Made by a program: the position numbers and the translations under genes. From Bryobacterales bacterium (lineage in GTDB: Bacteria > Acidobacteriota > Terriglobia > Bryobacterales > UBA6623): a DNA stretch of 64,000 nucleotides. Positions 25,808 through 34,884 of this stretch are shown piece by piece (position 1 is the first letter of the stretch; every line of letters begins with the position of its first letter). Under the pieces are notes generated by a model. The model did no database searches, was not told the DNA's origin, and saw nothing but the letters and a program-made list of their open reading frames with translations. The DNA is taken from contig OZ251486.1 of NCBI GenBank assembly GCA_965242705.1, positions 64,580 to 128,579 of the forward strand, written 5' to 3'.

Positions 25808-27277
25808 TCAGGCGGGCGGGCGCGGTTCAGGCGGGCGGGCGGGTTTGCGCCGGAACAGGCGGTGGCCGCGGACTTCGAGGCCGGCCTGGAGCAGGAGCCT
25901 TTCCCAGTCTTTTTTGCGTCCGATGTCGGAGCGCGAGAGCAGGGCGCGCTTTTCTTCCTGGCGGGTGAGGGCGGCGAATTTCCGGTGCAGCGGATAGGTT
26001 TCGTCCACCAGGGCGTCTTTGCGGTGGAGGATGGGCGGGTTTTGGGAAAGGGAGAAATCGCGGAAGCTGTAATCGGCGTTGGGCAGCCAGACCGCGAGGG
26101 ATGAATGCAAGGCGGGGTGGGCGTCGGCGTCGAAGCGGGGATAGCGCAGGAAACTGACTTTTTTGCCGTCGGCGGAGAGTTTGAGCACGTCGTATTCGGC
26201 ATCGCCGACGATTTGGCGGGCGGCGAAGAGTTGCAGCCGGTTGAGGGCGGGAAGCTGCTCTTCGGCGGAGCCGTGGGCATAGAGAGAGCCGGCGACGAGT
26301 TTGCCCACGGGGGCGGCCTGCGCGGCGGCGGCGGCCTGCCGCGGGTCTCCGAGCGAGAACAGGAAGCGTTCGCCGTCGGCGCGGGCGGCGCGGTACGACG
26401 GCCAAAGGGCGCGGATATCGGCCTGGGTTTCGGCGGGCAGCAGCGAGGCGCGCGCGGCGGGCAGTCCGCGCAGGCGCACGGCGGCGTAATAGACCAGGAA
26501 ATTTTCGCGTTTTTGGCAGCGCAGGTTTTCGAGTTCGGCGGGGTCGAGGGCGGCGGCGGCGAGTTTGCGGATGCGCTGCGAGGAGCCGAAGCGCTCGGCG
26601 AGCGCCGCGAATTGGGGGAATTCGCCGGGGCGAGGCAAGCGGGTCAGCTTGCGGGCGAGGTCGAGGTAGGCGGCGCCGACGTCGGACGACTGGAATTCGG
26701 CGATGGTGAAGCGCCGTCCGAGAGCGGAGCGGCCGAGCGAAGCGCGGGCCAGGTATTCCCTTTCGAGCGCGGCGTCTTTGAAGACGTAGGCGATGCCGAG
26801 TCCGGCGGGCGCCGGCTTGCGTCCGCATACGGCTTCGAGGAAGGCCTGAAACTCGGCTTGGGTATAGACCTTCTGGAAGCCGCCTCCGGCGGTAACCCGG
26901 CCGTCTTCGAAGGCTTCGCCCGCGAGCGGGCCGCGGTCCACGCGCACCGCGGCCACGAGAACGCGGCGGGCGAGCGAGAACGCCTTGCGCAAGACCTGCC
27001 CGCGCTCGGCCGGGTTTTCGATGACGTTGAGGACATAGCCGAGGTTGACGACGTCGGCCTCGCGGATGGAGTCTTGCGGCCGGTAGTGCGGGTCCCAGCC
27101 GGAGGCCGCGACGCCGTTGTCGCGGAGGTAGCGGATATCGTCGCCGCGTCCGCAGCCGTAATCGAACACGCTCGCGCCCGGGCGGATCAGGCCGTGTTCC
27201 CAGGCGAGGGCGATGGGCCGCGACAGCCGGAACCGGCGCATCGCCGTGCGGAAGCGTCGAATGGTCGTCTCGGCCAT
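25808..27277 (-). CDS. SAM-dependent methyltransferase-like protein; resembles the DNA phosphorothioation-associated putative methyltransferase family
   Basis: 489 aa. Motif I VFDYGCGRGDD and VVNLGYVLNVIE, followed by a long C-terminal extension. Transcribed divergently from the dndA/dndC-like operon. Confidence 0.55.
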   Translation of the reverse strand: MAETTIRRFRTAMRRFRLSRPIALAWEHGLIRPGASVFDYGCGRGDDIRYLRDNGVAASGWDPHYRPQDSIREADVVNLGYVLNVIENPAERGQVLRKAFSLARRVLVAAVRVDRGPLAGEAFEDGRVTAGGGFQKVYTQAEFQAFLEAVCGRKPAPAGLGIAYVFKDAALEREYLARASLGRSALGRRFTIAEFQSSDVGAAYLDLARKLTRLPRPGEFPQFAALAERFGSSQRIRKLAAAALDPAELENLRCQKRENFLVYYAAVRLRGLPAARASLLPAETQADIRALWPSYRAARADGERFLFSLGDPRQAAAAAQAAPVGKLVAGSLYAHGSAEEQLPALNRLQLFAARQIVGDAEYDVLKLSADGKKVSFLRYPRFDADAHPALHSSLAVWLPNADYSFRDFSLSQNPPILHRKDALVDETYPLHRKFAALTRQEEKRALLSRSDIGRKKDWERLLLQAGLEVRGHRLFRRKPARPPEPRPPA

Positions 27278-27297
27278 CGACCCATAGAATAGTGCGC

Positions 27298-27503
27298 GGG
27301 CCGCGCTTCGCGCGGCAGGGGTTAGGGGTTAGGGGGAACCGCACGGCTTCAGTGAAAAGAGAGCTGAAGCCACCCGGTCGATTTCGGCGTCGCCGCGTCG
27401 AAAATAAGTGATCATTGCCGATCATTGGCGATCATTGCTGAACATTTGCGCATGAAGCGCTTCTTTTCGGCGCATGAACCCCGTCAGACTTGACGGCGGC
27501 GCA
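27298..27503 (-). repeat. copy 3 of the ~200-bp repeat family, in the divergent promoter region of island 2
   Basis: Same blocks as copy 2. Internal 10-bp tandem gatcattgcc/gatcattggc/gatcattgct at 27410-27439. Confidence 0.85.
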
Positions 27504-27647
27504 GGGACTGTGAGTCGGGGCGCGCTTTGCGAGGCAGTCGCGGGCCGCGGGTCGGGCGGCTGCGTCCGCCGTTGTTGCCTGCTTGTCGGGTTTTTTGCCG
27601 GGGATTTCTCCCGCTGCGCCGGCGGGTATCGGCTCTCGGAAACTGCT

Positions 27648-28937
27648 ATGCTGTCGGACAAGCGGGACCGCCTCAAAGTGAGCAGCCGCAACGGCATTCG
27701 AATCGAGCGCGAAGCGGGCAATGCCGTTTACCTGGACTATGCGGCGACGACGCCCGTTGACCGCCGGGTGATCGCGGCGATGAGCCGCTGTTTGGGGATT
27801 GACGGCGTGTTCGGCAACGCGGCGTCGCGGCCGCATCGGTTCGGACAGGAAGCCCGCGAGGCTGTGGAGAAAGCGCGGGAACAGGTGGCCGCGCTGCTCA
27901 ACGCCGACCCCGCCGAGATCGTCTGGACATCGGGCGCCACTGAGTCGATCAATCTGGCGATCAAGGGCGCGGCGCATGCCCGCGCCGGGCGGGGCAGGCA
28001 TATCGTCACTTCGGGACTGGAGCACAAGGCGGTTCTGGACTCGTGCGGCCAGTTAGCCCGCGAGGGGTTCGAGGTTACCCATCTGCGCCCCGGCGCGGAC
28101 GGGCTGATTTCGCCGGAGAGCGTTGAGGAAGCCCTGCGCGACGACACGATTCTCGTTTCGCTGCTGCATGTGAATAACGAAACCGGCGCCGTTACCGACA
28201 TCGAGGCGGTCGGGGAAGTTACGCGCTCCCGCGGAATTGCCTTTCACGTGGACGCCGCCCAGAGCGCGGCGCGTTTGCCGCTCGATATGCGTTCGGTTCA
28301 GGCCGACCTGGTTTCCCTCAGCGCGCACAAGATGTACGGGCCGAAGGGCGCCGGCGCGTTGTATGCGCGGCGCAGGCCGCGCGTCCGGCTGGAGCCGCTG
28401 ATCCACGGCGGCGGCCATGAGCAGGGGCTGCGCTCGGGGACATTGGCGACCCATCAGATCGTCGGCATGGGCGAGGCCGCAAGGCTGGCGCGCGAGCGCC
28501 GCGCCCGCGACGCGGTGGCGGCCGCCGCGCTCGACCGGCGCTTGCTCGATTCGCTGCTGGGCATGGAGCGCGTTTCCCTGAACGGCAGCGCAACGCGCCG
28601 CGCGCCGGGCATCGTCAATGCCGCCTTCGCCTGCGTCAAGAGCGAATCGCTGATGATGGTGTTGAAGGATGTTGCCGTTTCCTCCGGCTCGGCCTGCACA
28701 TCGTCGCGCATCGAGCCGTCGCACGTCTTGCAGGCGCTGGGCGTCCCCGGCGATCTTGCGGCTTGTTCGATCCGTTTCAGCCTGGGGCGCTTCACGACCG
28801 CACAGGAAATCGACTTCGCCGCGCGGCGCGTGCGGGAATCCGTCGAAGCCCTGCGCGAATTGTCGCCGCAATGGCAGGCGCCGGCGGGGCGCGGCGCGGA
28901 AACGGGTTTTCGGCATGAACAGGCGGTGACGGCATGA
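27648..28937 (+). CDS. dndA: class V cysteine desulfurase, DndA/IscS-like
   Basis: Internal ATG of ORF 27474..28937. [32 protein letters not shown] and SSGSACTS. Stop overlaps the dndC-like start (ATGA). Confidence 0.75.
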   Translation: MLSDKRDRLKVSSRNGIRIEREAGNAVYLDYAATTPVDRRVIAAMSRCLGIDGVFGNAASRPHRFGQEAREAVEKAREQVAALLNADPAEIVWTSGATESINLAIKGAAHARAGRGRHIVTSGLEHKAVLDSCGQLAREGFEVTHLRPGADGLISPESVEEALRDDTILVSLLHVNNETGAVTDIEAVGEVTRSRGIAFHVDAAQSAARLPLDMRSVQADLVSLSAHKMYGPKGAGALYARRRPRVRLEPLIHGGGHEQGLRSGTLATHQIVGMGEAARLARERRARDAVAAAALDRRLLDSLLGMERVSLNGSATRRAPGIVNAAFACVKSESLMMVLKDVAVSSGSACTSSRIEPSHVLQALGVPGDLAACSIRFSLGRFTTAQEIDFAARRVRESVEALRELSPQWQAPAGRGAETGFRHEQAVTA

Positions 28938-30124
28938 GCGAAGGCCTCGTTTCAATAGGCGTTGCGGGCGGGGCCGCGCGCGCCGCCAAGCGCATCCGCG
29001 ACACGGTGGATGTTCTGCGCACGGAATACCTGCGCGAAAATTTCGAGCCGTGGGTGTTGGCCTATTCGGGCGGCAAGGATTCGACGCTGCTGCTGCAACT
29101 GACTTGGGAGATGCTGCTCGATCTGCCCGACCCCGAACGCCGCCGCGAGATCTTTGTGGTCGGCAACGATACGCTCGTCGAATCGCCGCTGGTAATCCGC
29201 CATCTCAAAACCACGCTGAAGGCGATCGACGAGGCCGCCGCGTTGGACCGGCTGCCCATCGAGACGCGAATCACCAAGCCGCATATCGATCAGACTTTCT
29301 GGGTCAACGTGATCGGGCGCGGCTACATCCCGCCGACACGCAATTTCCGCTGGTGTACCGACCGGATGAAAATCATCCCCACGGGCGGGCTGCTGAAAAC
29401 GCTGGTGCGCCGGCACAAGAGCGCCGTGCTGCTGGTCGGGACGCGCAAGAGCGAGTCGCAGAACCGGCGCCGCAACATGGCCAAACACGGCGCTTCGGCA
29501 ACCGCGATGAACCCGCACGGCTCCATCGAAGGATGCCGCATGTTCGCGCCTCTGGCCGAGTTCGAAGACGATGACGTCTGGTTGACCCTGATGCAGCGCG
29601 ACCCGCCTTGGGGCGGCTCGCACGACGCCTTGATTACGCTGTACCGCAACGCCGGCGGCGGCGAATGTCCGCTGGTGCTGACCAAAGACGACGCGCCTTC
29701 GTGCGGGACGACCTCGCCCCGTTTCGGCTGCTGGACGTGTACCGTGATCAACAAAGACCGCAGCTTGCGCGGGTTGATCGACTCCGGGCACGAGGACGCG
29801 GAAATGTTCGAGCGGCTTTTCGATTTCCGCGAGTGGCTGATCGAGTTGCGCGAAAACGACGCCAACCGCAGCCGCGTCCGGCGCGACGGCAACACGTGGT
29901 ATCGAGCCGACGGCAGCTTGGTTATGGGGCCGTTCACGCTCGACGTGCGGCAACGGATACTCGACCGCCTGCATGCGCTGGAAAAAGAACTGGGGGAGAA
30001 GCTGATTTCCGCCTCAGAGTTGGAAGTGATCGATGACATCTGGTATAGGGATCGGATTCAGGAAGATTGCCGCATGGCCTTTCAGAATTCATATGCACTA
30101 GCAGATGAAGGAGCACTGACTTGA
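28934..30124 (+). CDS. dndC: DndC-like PAPS-reductase-fold sulfurtransferase
   Basis: 396 aa. [20 protein letters not shown]-loop, [10 protein letters not shown], and the DndC-type cysteine block [10 protein letters not shown]. Confidence 0.75.
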   Translation: MSEGLVSIGVAGGAARAAKRIRDTVDVLRTEYLRENFEPWVLAYSGGKDSTLLLQLTWEMLLDLPDPERRREIFVVGNDTLVESPLVIRHLKTTLKAIDEAAALDRLPIETRITKPHIDQTFWVNVIGRGYIPPTRNFRWCTDRMKIIPTGGLLKTLVRRHKSAVLLVGTRKSESQNRRRNMAKHGASATAMNPHGSIEGCRMFAPLAEFEDDDVWLTLMQRDPPWGGSHDALITLYRNAGGGECPLVLTKDDAPSCGTTSPRFGCWTCTVINKDRSLRGLIDSGHEDAEMFERLFDFREWLIELRENDANRSRVRRDGNTWYRADGSLVMGPFTLDVRQRILDRLHALEKELGEKLISASELEVIDDIWYRDRIQEDCRMAFQNSYALADEGALT

Positions 30125-30126
30125 AA

Positions 30127-31911
30127 ATGCCCCGTCGTACCGTCATTGAGGCCAAGGCAACATTGTTCTCAGACCTGTTCCATCAGGGAAGGTTCTCTGT
30201 TCCCTGGCATCAGCGTTACTATGATTGGAAAGCAGAGGATGTCCAGGCGTTACTCTACGATATCGACGAAGCGGTTAAAGAAGACCGTGATTGCTATTTT
30301 CTGGGTGCGATCATGTTAGTGGAGGCCGGTAATGGATTGTGGGAAATCAACGACGGTCAACAGCGAATGGTGACGATATCGTTGATTTGCGCATCACTAT
30401 GCCGACGATTTGCACATAGCGCAGGCGGTTCGCAACGCGAAGGCCTTGCGCTGCGCATGTTATTCGATCTGGATGACAAAGAGACATGGATACTGGATAA
30501 TGCTGAAAATTATCCTCCCCGGATTTCTCCCCCGAGAAACGACGGAACACGGTATCGACAAATGATTCGAGGCAACACAATTGGAACCAATGGAATGCTC
30601 AATTCAGCGTGGGAAGAAATTGAAAAATTCTTTTCCCCGATGAGTATGGAAATGTTGGAAGAATATTTTGATTTTATTCTCGGAAAACTCGAAGTTGCGT
30701 GTTTGTATGTGCCGCGTCGAATTGATCCGAACGCGGTTTATGAAACAATCAATTCCCGGGGAAAGCAACTCGACGACTTGGATCGGATTCGCAATTTTCT
30801 ATACTCCTACTTCAATGCGGCCGAAGACTCCGAGAAGAGAATTTCGCTGCATGAAGACCTAGAGAGAATTCGTTTCCTGATTCGGAATACAGAGAAGGCG
30901 TCCGAATACATGCGCTGCCACTTGCAATGCAGGTACGGCTTTCTCCGCAAGGATAATTTCTATCGCGACGTGAGGGATGCTGTCCGCATCCAGAGAGATA
31001 AAAAATACGATTCAAATGATTCCCCAGCAGATTACGCATTCATACTGACCAAACAAATTGCACAGCCCGAGTCTCTGGATCTCTTCCGCACAATGACGGC
31101 AACAAATCCGAATCCGGAGTTCATCCGGGCATTCGAGACTGCTTCAGGAACAAGTAAATCACCGAGAAGTTTGGCGGTTTTTATTAGGGAGTTGCAAAGA
31201 TACAAAGTCACTCAACCTTTGGTTTTTGCCATCTTGACTCGATACATCCGCGAGCCGGATAAACGTAGAAAAAAAGCGGTTGCGAGACTGGCTAACAAAA
31301 ACTTGAATCGCTTGGCGACATTTGTTCTCAGAACAGCATTTGTTGCACCAAAGTTCGAGCCGTCGCACTTCGAGACCGAGTTTTCCAATTACGCCAAAAA
31401 TATCATGAGCGCCACCGAATTTCCCGATGATGAATTCGCCACCTTCTTGAGGGAGTGCGACCGGTCGGAGTATGGGATATTGGATGATTCCAGATTCCAA
31501 GATGCCATGATCGAAGCAAGAATGACAGGAGATAGAAAGATAAAGCAGTTCTTGCTCGGCATCAACAGCATCCGGCAACGCGACGTACGGTTATTGAACC
31601 AGCGCTTTTGTACTATCGAGCATATCCTTCCGAAATCCCCACAACATTGGGGCGGCTGGATCGGATTCAAAGATGTTGACGGGACCGATTGGTTTCAGAG
31701 AATTGGAAACCTGACACTCATGGGGCCGGAAGACAATAAACCGGGTGATAAGTACAACGCTTCTTTTGCGAAGAAACGCGCGAGCTATGGGGAGAGCAGT
31801 CTTGCTATTACGCGGGAGTTGAAAGATTATGATGATTGGACTCCAGCCCGCATTGAATCAAGGCAACGGGATATGGTGAAACGAGCAACGATTGTCTGGA
31901 AGTTCGTTTGA
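30127..31911 (+). CDS. DUF262-DUF1524 (GmrSD/SspE-family) protein: ParB-like NTPase N-domain plus His-Me nuclease C-domain
   Basis: About 594 aa. N-terminal WHQRYYDW and INDGQQRMVT (DGQQR). C-terminal IEHILPKSP...IGNLTLMGPEDNKPGDK. The ATG lies 2 nt after the dndC-like stop; the ORF track starts at TTG 30121. Confidence 0.8.
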   Translation: MPRRTVIEAKATLFSDLFHQGRFSVPWHQRYYDWKAEDVQALLYDIDEAVKEDRDCYFLGAIMLVEAGNGLWEINDGQQRMVTISLICASLCRRFAHSAGGSQREGLALRMLFDLDDKETWILDNAENYPPRISPPRNDGTRYRQMIRGNTIGTNGMLNSAWEEIEKFFSPMSMEMLEEYFDFILGKLEVACLYVPRRIDPNAVYETINSRGKQLDDLDRIRNFLYSYFNAAEDSEKRISLHEDLERIRFLIRNTEKASEYMRCHLQCRYGFLRKDNFYRDVRDAVRIQRDKKYDSNDSPADYAFILTKQIAQPESLDLFRTMTATNPNPEFIRAFETASGTSKSPRSLAVFIRELQRYKVTQPLVFAILTRYIREPDKRRKKAVARLANKNLNRLATFVLRTAFVAPKFEPSHFETEFSNYAKNIMSATEFPDDEFATFLRECDRSEYGILDDSRFQDAMIEARMTGDRKIKQFLLGINSIRQRDVRLLNQRFCTIEHILPKSPQHWGGWIGFKDVDGTDWFQRIGNLTLMGPEDNKPGDKYNASFAKKRASYGESSLAITRELKDYDDWTPARIESRQRDMVKRATIVWKFV

Positions 31912-33329
31912 TACCTGATGCAGCAGAACTGCGGCGTCTCGCCGAAGAACAGCTTGGCGTTCCGGCGACGCTCCACGACTATCAATGGGAAGGGGTTGCA
32001 TTCCTGTATCGATCCCCGGCTGCTCTGCTTGCCGATGAGATGGGCTTGGGGAAAACCGTCCAGACTGCGACCGCGCTGGCGCTTCTTTTGAACGGGCGGA
32101 ATGAAATACGCCGGGTTTTGATCGTCGCCCCGGCGTCTCTGACGACAAACTGGATGGCGGAGCTTGAAACCTGGGCGCCGTCGCTGACTGTGCGGCGCGT
32201 TCAGGGAACCGTACGCGATCGGGAAGCGTTTTATCTGCTGCCGATTCCGGTTCTCGTGAGCTCCTACGAGCAGATTCGGCAAGACGGCCTGGACCGTATC
32301 CCGTCGGGCGCCTTCGATCTCGTCGTGCTCGATGAAGCTCAGCGAATCAAAAACAGAGACTCCACTACCGCGTTGGCCTGCCGGCTGCTGCCGCGGAAGC
32401 GCGCTTGGGCGCTATCGGCTACGCCCCTGGAAAACGACGAGGCCGATGCCGCATCGATTCTCGGATTCCTCGACCCATCGATCCGACGAGAGCTTTCCGG
32501 GACGCACCTAGTCAGGAAGTTGGAGTCGATGATGCTTCGGCGGCGGAAGGCCGATGTTCGAGCCGAACTGCCGCCAGTTATCCTTCAGGACATGAAACTC
32601 GACCTCTCGAAGCCGCAGAGGGAGAAATACGATGAGTTGTGGTTGAACCGGGCGGCGACCGTCCGGGCAAACGCAGGTGACGGAGACGCCAGCACCGCCT
32701 TGCTCGGGATGATCACGCGGCTGAAGATCATTTGCAATCTCGATGCGTCCGCGAACGCCTCGTCGAAATTGGCCGCCCTCAGGACAGTCAGCGAGAGTGC
32801 GGGGAAATTTGCTCGAATTCTTGTTTTTTCGCAGTTTGTTGAAACGCTGCGGTGGATTTCTGCTAGAATTGGTCTGGCGCACGATCTCGTGACAGGGTCG
32901 ATGCCGCTTGCCGAACGGCAGGCGTCCATGGACCGGTTCAAGAGCGGGCGGGCTCCGCGGTTGTTGCTGGTGTCCCTTCGGGCTGGCGGCGTGGGGTTGA
33001 ATCTGGGAGAGGCGACGCATATCGTGATGTTCGATAGATGGTGGAACCCCGCCGTTGAGATCCAGGCAATCTATCGAGCCCACCGCTTTGAACGCGATGA
33101 GCCGTTGCACGTCGTTCGTTTTCTGGTGACCGATTCGATTGAGGAACATATCGCGGAGATACTGGAACGGAAGGAGTATCTTTTCGATAAAGTCATTGAG
33201 TCCGCTCAGACGACTGCCCCCCGGTTCACAAAGAACGAGTTGATGCGGGTTCTGAATCTCTCGGTAGGAGACATCCTTCCGATCCCAAACGAAGTTAAGG
33301 AGACCCAAAACCATGGCAAAGATTGTTGA
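31908..33329 (+). CDS. minimal SNF2-family helicase/translocase
   Basis: 473 aa. LADEMGLGKTVQ (I), LVVLDEAQRIKN (II), ALSATPLEN (III) and GGVGLNLGEATHIVMFDRWWNPAVEIQAIYRAHR (V-VI). TTG start overlaps the upstream stop. Confidence 0.85.
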   Translation: MIPDAAELRRLAEEQLGVPATLHDYQWEGVAFLYRSPAALLADEMGLGKTVQTATALALLLNGRNEIRRVLIVAPASLTTNWMAELETWAPSLTVRRVQGTVRDREAFYLLPIPVLVSSYEQIRQDGLDRIPSGAFDLVVLDEAQRIKNRDSTTALACRLLPRKRAWALSATPLENDEADAASILGFLDPSIRRELSGTHLVRKLESMMLRRRKADVRAELPPVILQDMKLDLSKPQREKYDELWLNRAATVRANAGDGDASTALLGMITRLKIICNLDASANASSKLAALRTVSESAGKFARILVFSQFVETLRWISARIGLAHDLVTGSMPLAERQASMDRFKSGRAPRLLLVSLRAGGVGLNLGEATHIVMFDRWWNPAVEIQAIYRAHRFERDEPLHVVRFLVTDSIEEHIAEILERKEYLFDKVIESAQTTAPRFTKNELMRVLNLSVGDILPIPNEVKETQNHGKDC

Positions 33330-34158
33330 ATACAAGGATATTCCGCTTGATGATTTGACGATCGGCAAGGGGCAAGTGCGCACTCAGGATGCCAGCAAAG
33401 GTATTGATGATCTGGCCAGAAGCATTGAGGCGCAAGGCTTGCTTCAACCGATTGTCGTCTGCCCTGCAAGCGAAACCGGAAAATGGGAAATTCTCACGGG
33501 TCAGCGACGGTTTTTGGCGCATAAGATGCTGAACAAAGAAAGCATCGCAGCAGCCGTTCTCGATGAGCGCGCTGAGGAAGCCGAGGCCAAGGCTATCTCG
33601 ATTACCGAAAATCTGATTCGACGCAAACTCTCCGGGAAAGACCTTACGGACGCAATCGTGTTCCTGTACAACATTTATGGGACCATTAAGGGTGTGACTG
33701 AAGCCACGGGATTGCCTTATCGGGAAGTACGGCATCACGTAAGATATCCGCGACTGTTGCCCGAATTGAAAGAAATGGTCAATGACGGCAGGCTCGATGT
33801 CAATGTTGCGGTAAAGGCGCAGGATGCCGCTACCGCAGGGGATTATGGGGATCCCGATCCCGAGGTCGCAATTAACGCAATTAAATTTGCCGAAGAAATG
33901 ACTTCAATGACGGGGCCTCAACGCAAGAAGCTTGCCGAAGAACGCAAAAAGGACCCTGAAAAACCGGTGGATGATGCGATCGAAGCTGCGAAATCCGGGG
34001 GGAAGATAACCCAGATAGTCGCGACAGTGACTCAGGACACGCACACTGCCGTCCGACGTTTTGCAAAGCAGGAAGGGGCCACCCAGGACGAGGCAGCGGT
34101 TATGCTCATTGAAGAAGCGCTGGTCAATCACGGTTTGCTGAATTCCGAGATACCATAG
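33313..34158 (+). CDS. ParB/Srx N-terminal domain protein
   Basis: 281 aa. QGLLQPIVV (box II), ILTGQRRFLA (GxxRxxA-type box) and ITENLIRR. Overlaps the SNF2 gene by 17 nt. Confidence 0.8.
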   Translation: MAKIVEYKDIPLDDLTIGKGQVRTQDASKGIDDLARSIEAQGLLQPIVVCPASETGKWEILTGQRRFLAHKMLNKESIAAAVLDERAEEAEAKAISITENLIRRKLSGKDLTDAIVFLYNIYGTIKGVTEATGLPYREVRHHVRYPRLLPELKEMVNDGRLDVNVAVKAQDAATAGDYGDPDPEVAINAIKFAEEMTSMTGPQRKKLAEERKKDPEKPVDDAIEAAKSGGKITQIVATVTQDTHTAVRRFAKQEGATQDEAAVMLIEEALVNHGLLNSEIP

Positions 34159-34884
34159 ATGCTGGCTGGTTTGAACCCTCTGGAACTTGGACGTCTGCGG
34201 ATGTCCGTGGGCTATGGGAGGCACAAGAGAGGCCGTCCGCTTTCTCCTATTGAGGTCGGTTTGCTGTTCGATCAAGCCCGCAGGGCCGGCGACTCGCTCA
34301 GGGATTGCGCACAGGCGGTTCAGCTTGACGGAACAAGACAAATCGCTCGGTTTTTGCGAATTGTCGAATTACCCCAAGACATTCAGCATTTGATTGGTTG
34401 GGGAACCCCCAAGGGTGCCATCGGCTTTTCGGCGGCGTTCGAGTTGGCGCGCCTCCAAGATGAGAAAGATCAGCGCACTACTGCCGAAGCGGTGCTGAAA
34501 AATGGTTTGGACAGCAAAGAAGTCCGACAAGTCGTGCAGCTTCGGGCACGGTCGGGGCAGGCTATTGATGCGTGCGTTCAGGAAGTCTTGGGCATGCGTC
34601 CGGTGATCGAGAAACGCTATGTCTTTATTGGGTCAATCGTTGATGGGAACATCGGGGAAATACTCGGCAAACTCAGACAAGCAGAGAGAGATTCGATTCT
34701 GAAGTCGTGTATCGAAAGCCTTGAACTTCGAGGAGCATCGGGACGGCTGGGCGAACGGTTTTTCACGCTGGTAGGAGACGAACGTTTTAACTCATCAATG
34801 AACAGTATCGGCAAAGAGAATATCGAGAACCAGCTTCGAGATCATATTGAGAAGGTTATTGCGAATGTCGGATATCGTTGTTGA
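34159..34884 (+). CDS. hypothetical protein resembling the HTH/central region of ParB without the N-terminal ParB box
   Basis: 241 aa. LSPIEVGLLF...LRIVELPQDIQHLI...GFSAAFELARL follows the ParB HTH-region spacing. ATG immediately follows the upstream TAG. Confidence 0.4.
   Translation: MLAGLNPLELGRLRMSVGYGRHKRGRPLSPIEVGLLFDQARRAGDSLRDCAQAVQLDGTRQIARFLRIVELPQDIQHLIGWGTPKGAIGFSAAFELARLQDEKDQRTTAEAVLKNGLDSKEVRQVVQLRARSGQAIDACVQEVLGMRPVIEKRYVFIGSIVDGNIGEILGKLRQAERDSILKSCIESLELRGASGRLGERFFTLVGDERFNSSMNSIGKENIENQLRDHIEKVIANVGYRC

Noticed and set aside
27410-27449. CRISPR array, considered for the short tandem repeats here and at 14598-14625 and 56427-56465.
   Set aside because: The units are 10-15 bp and directly adjacent with no spacers. 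They have only 2-4 copies and no cas genes nearby.
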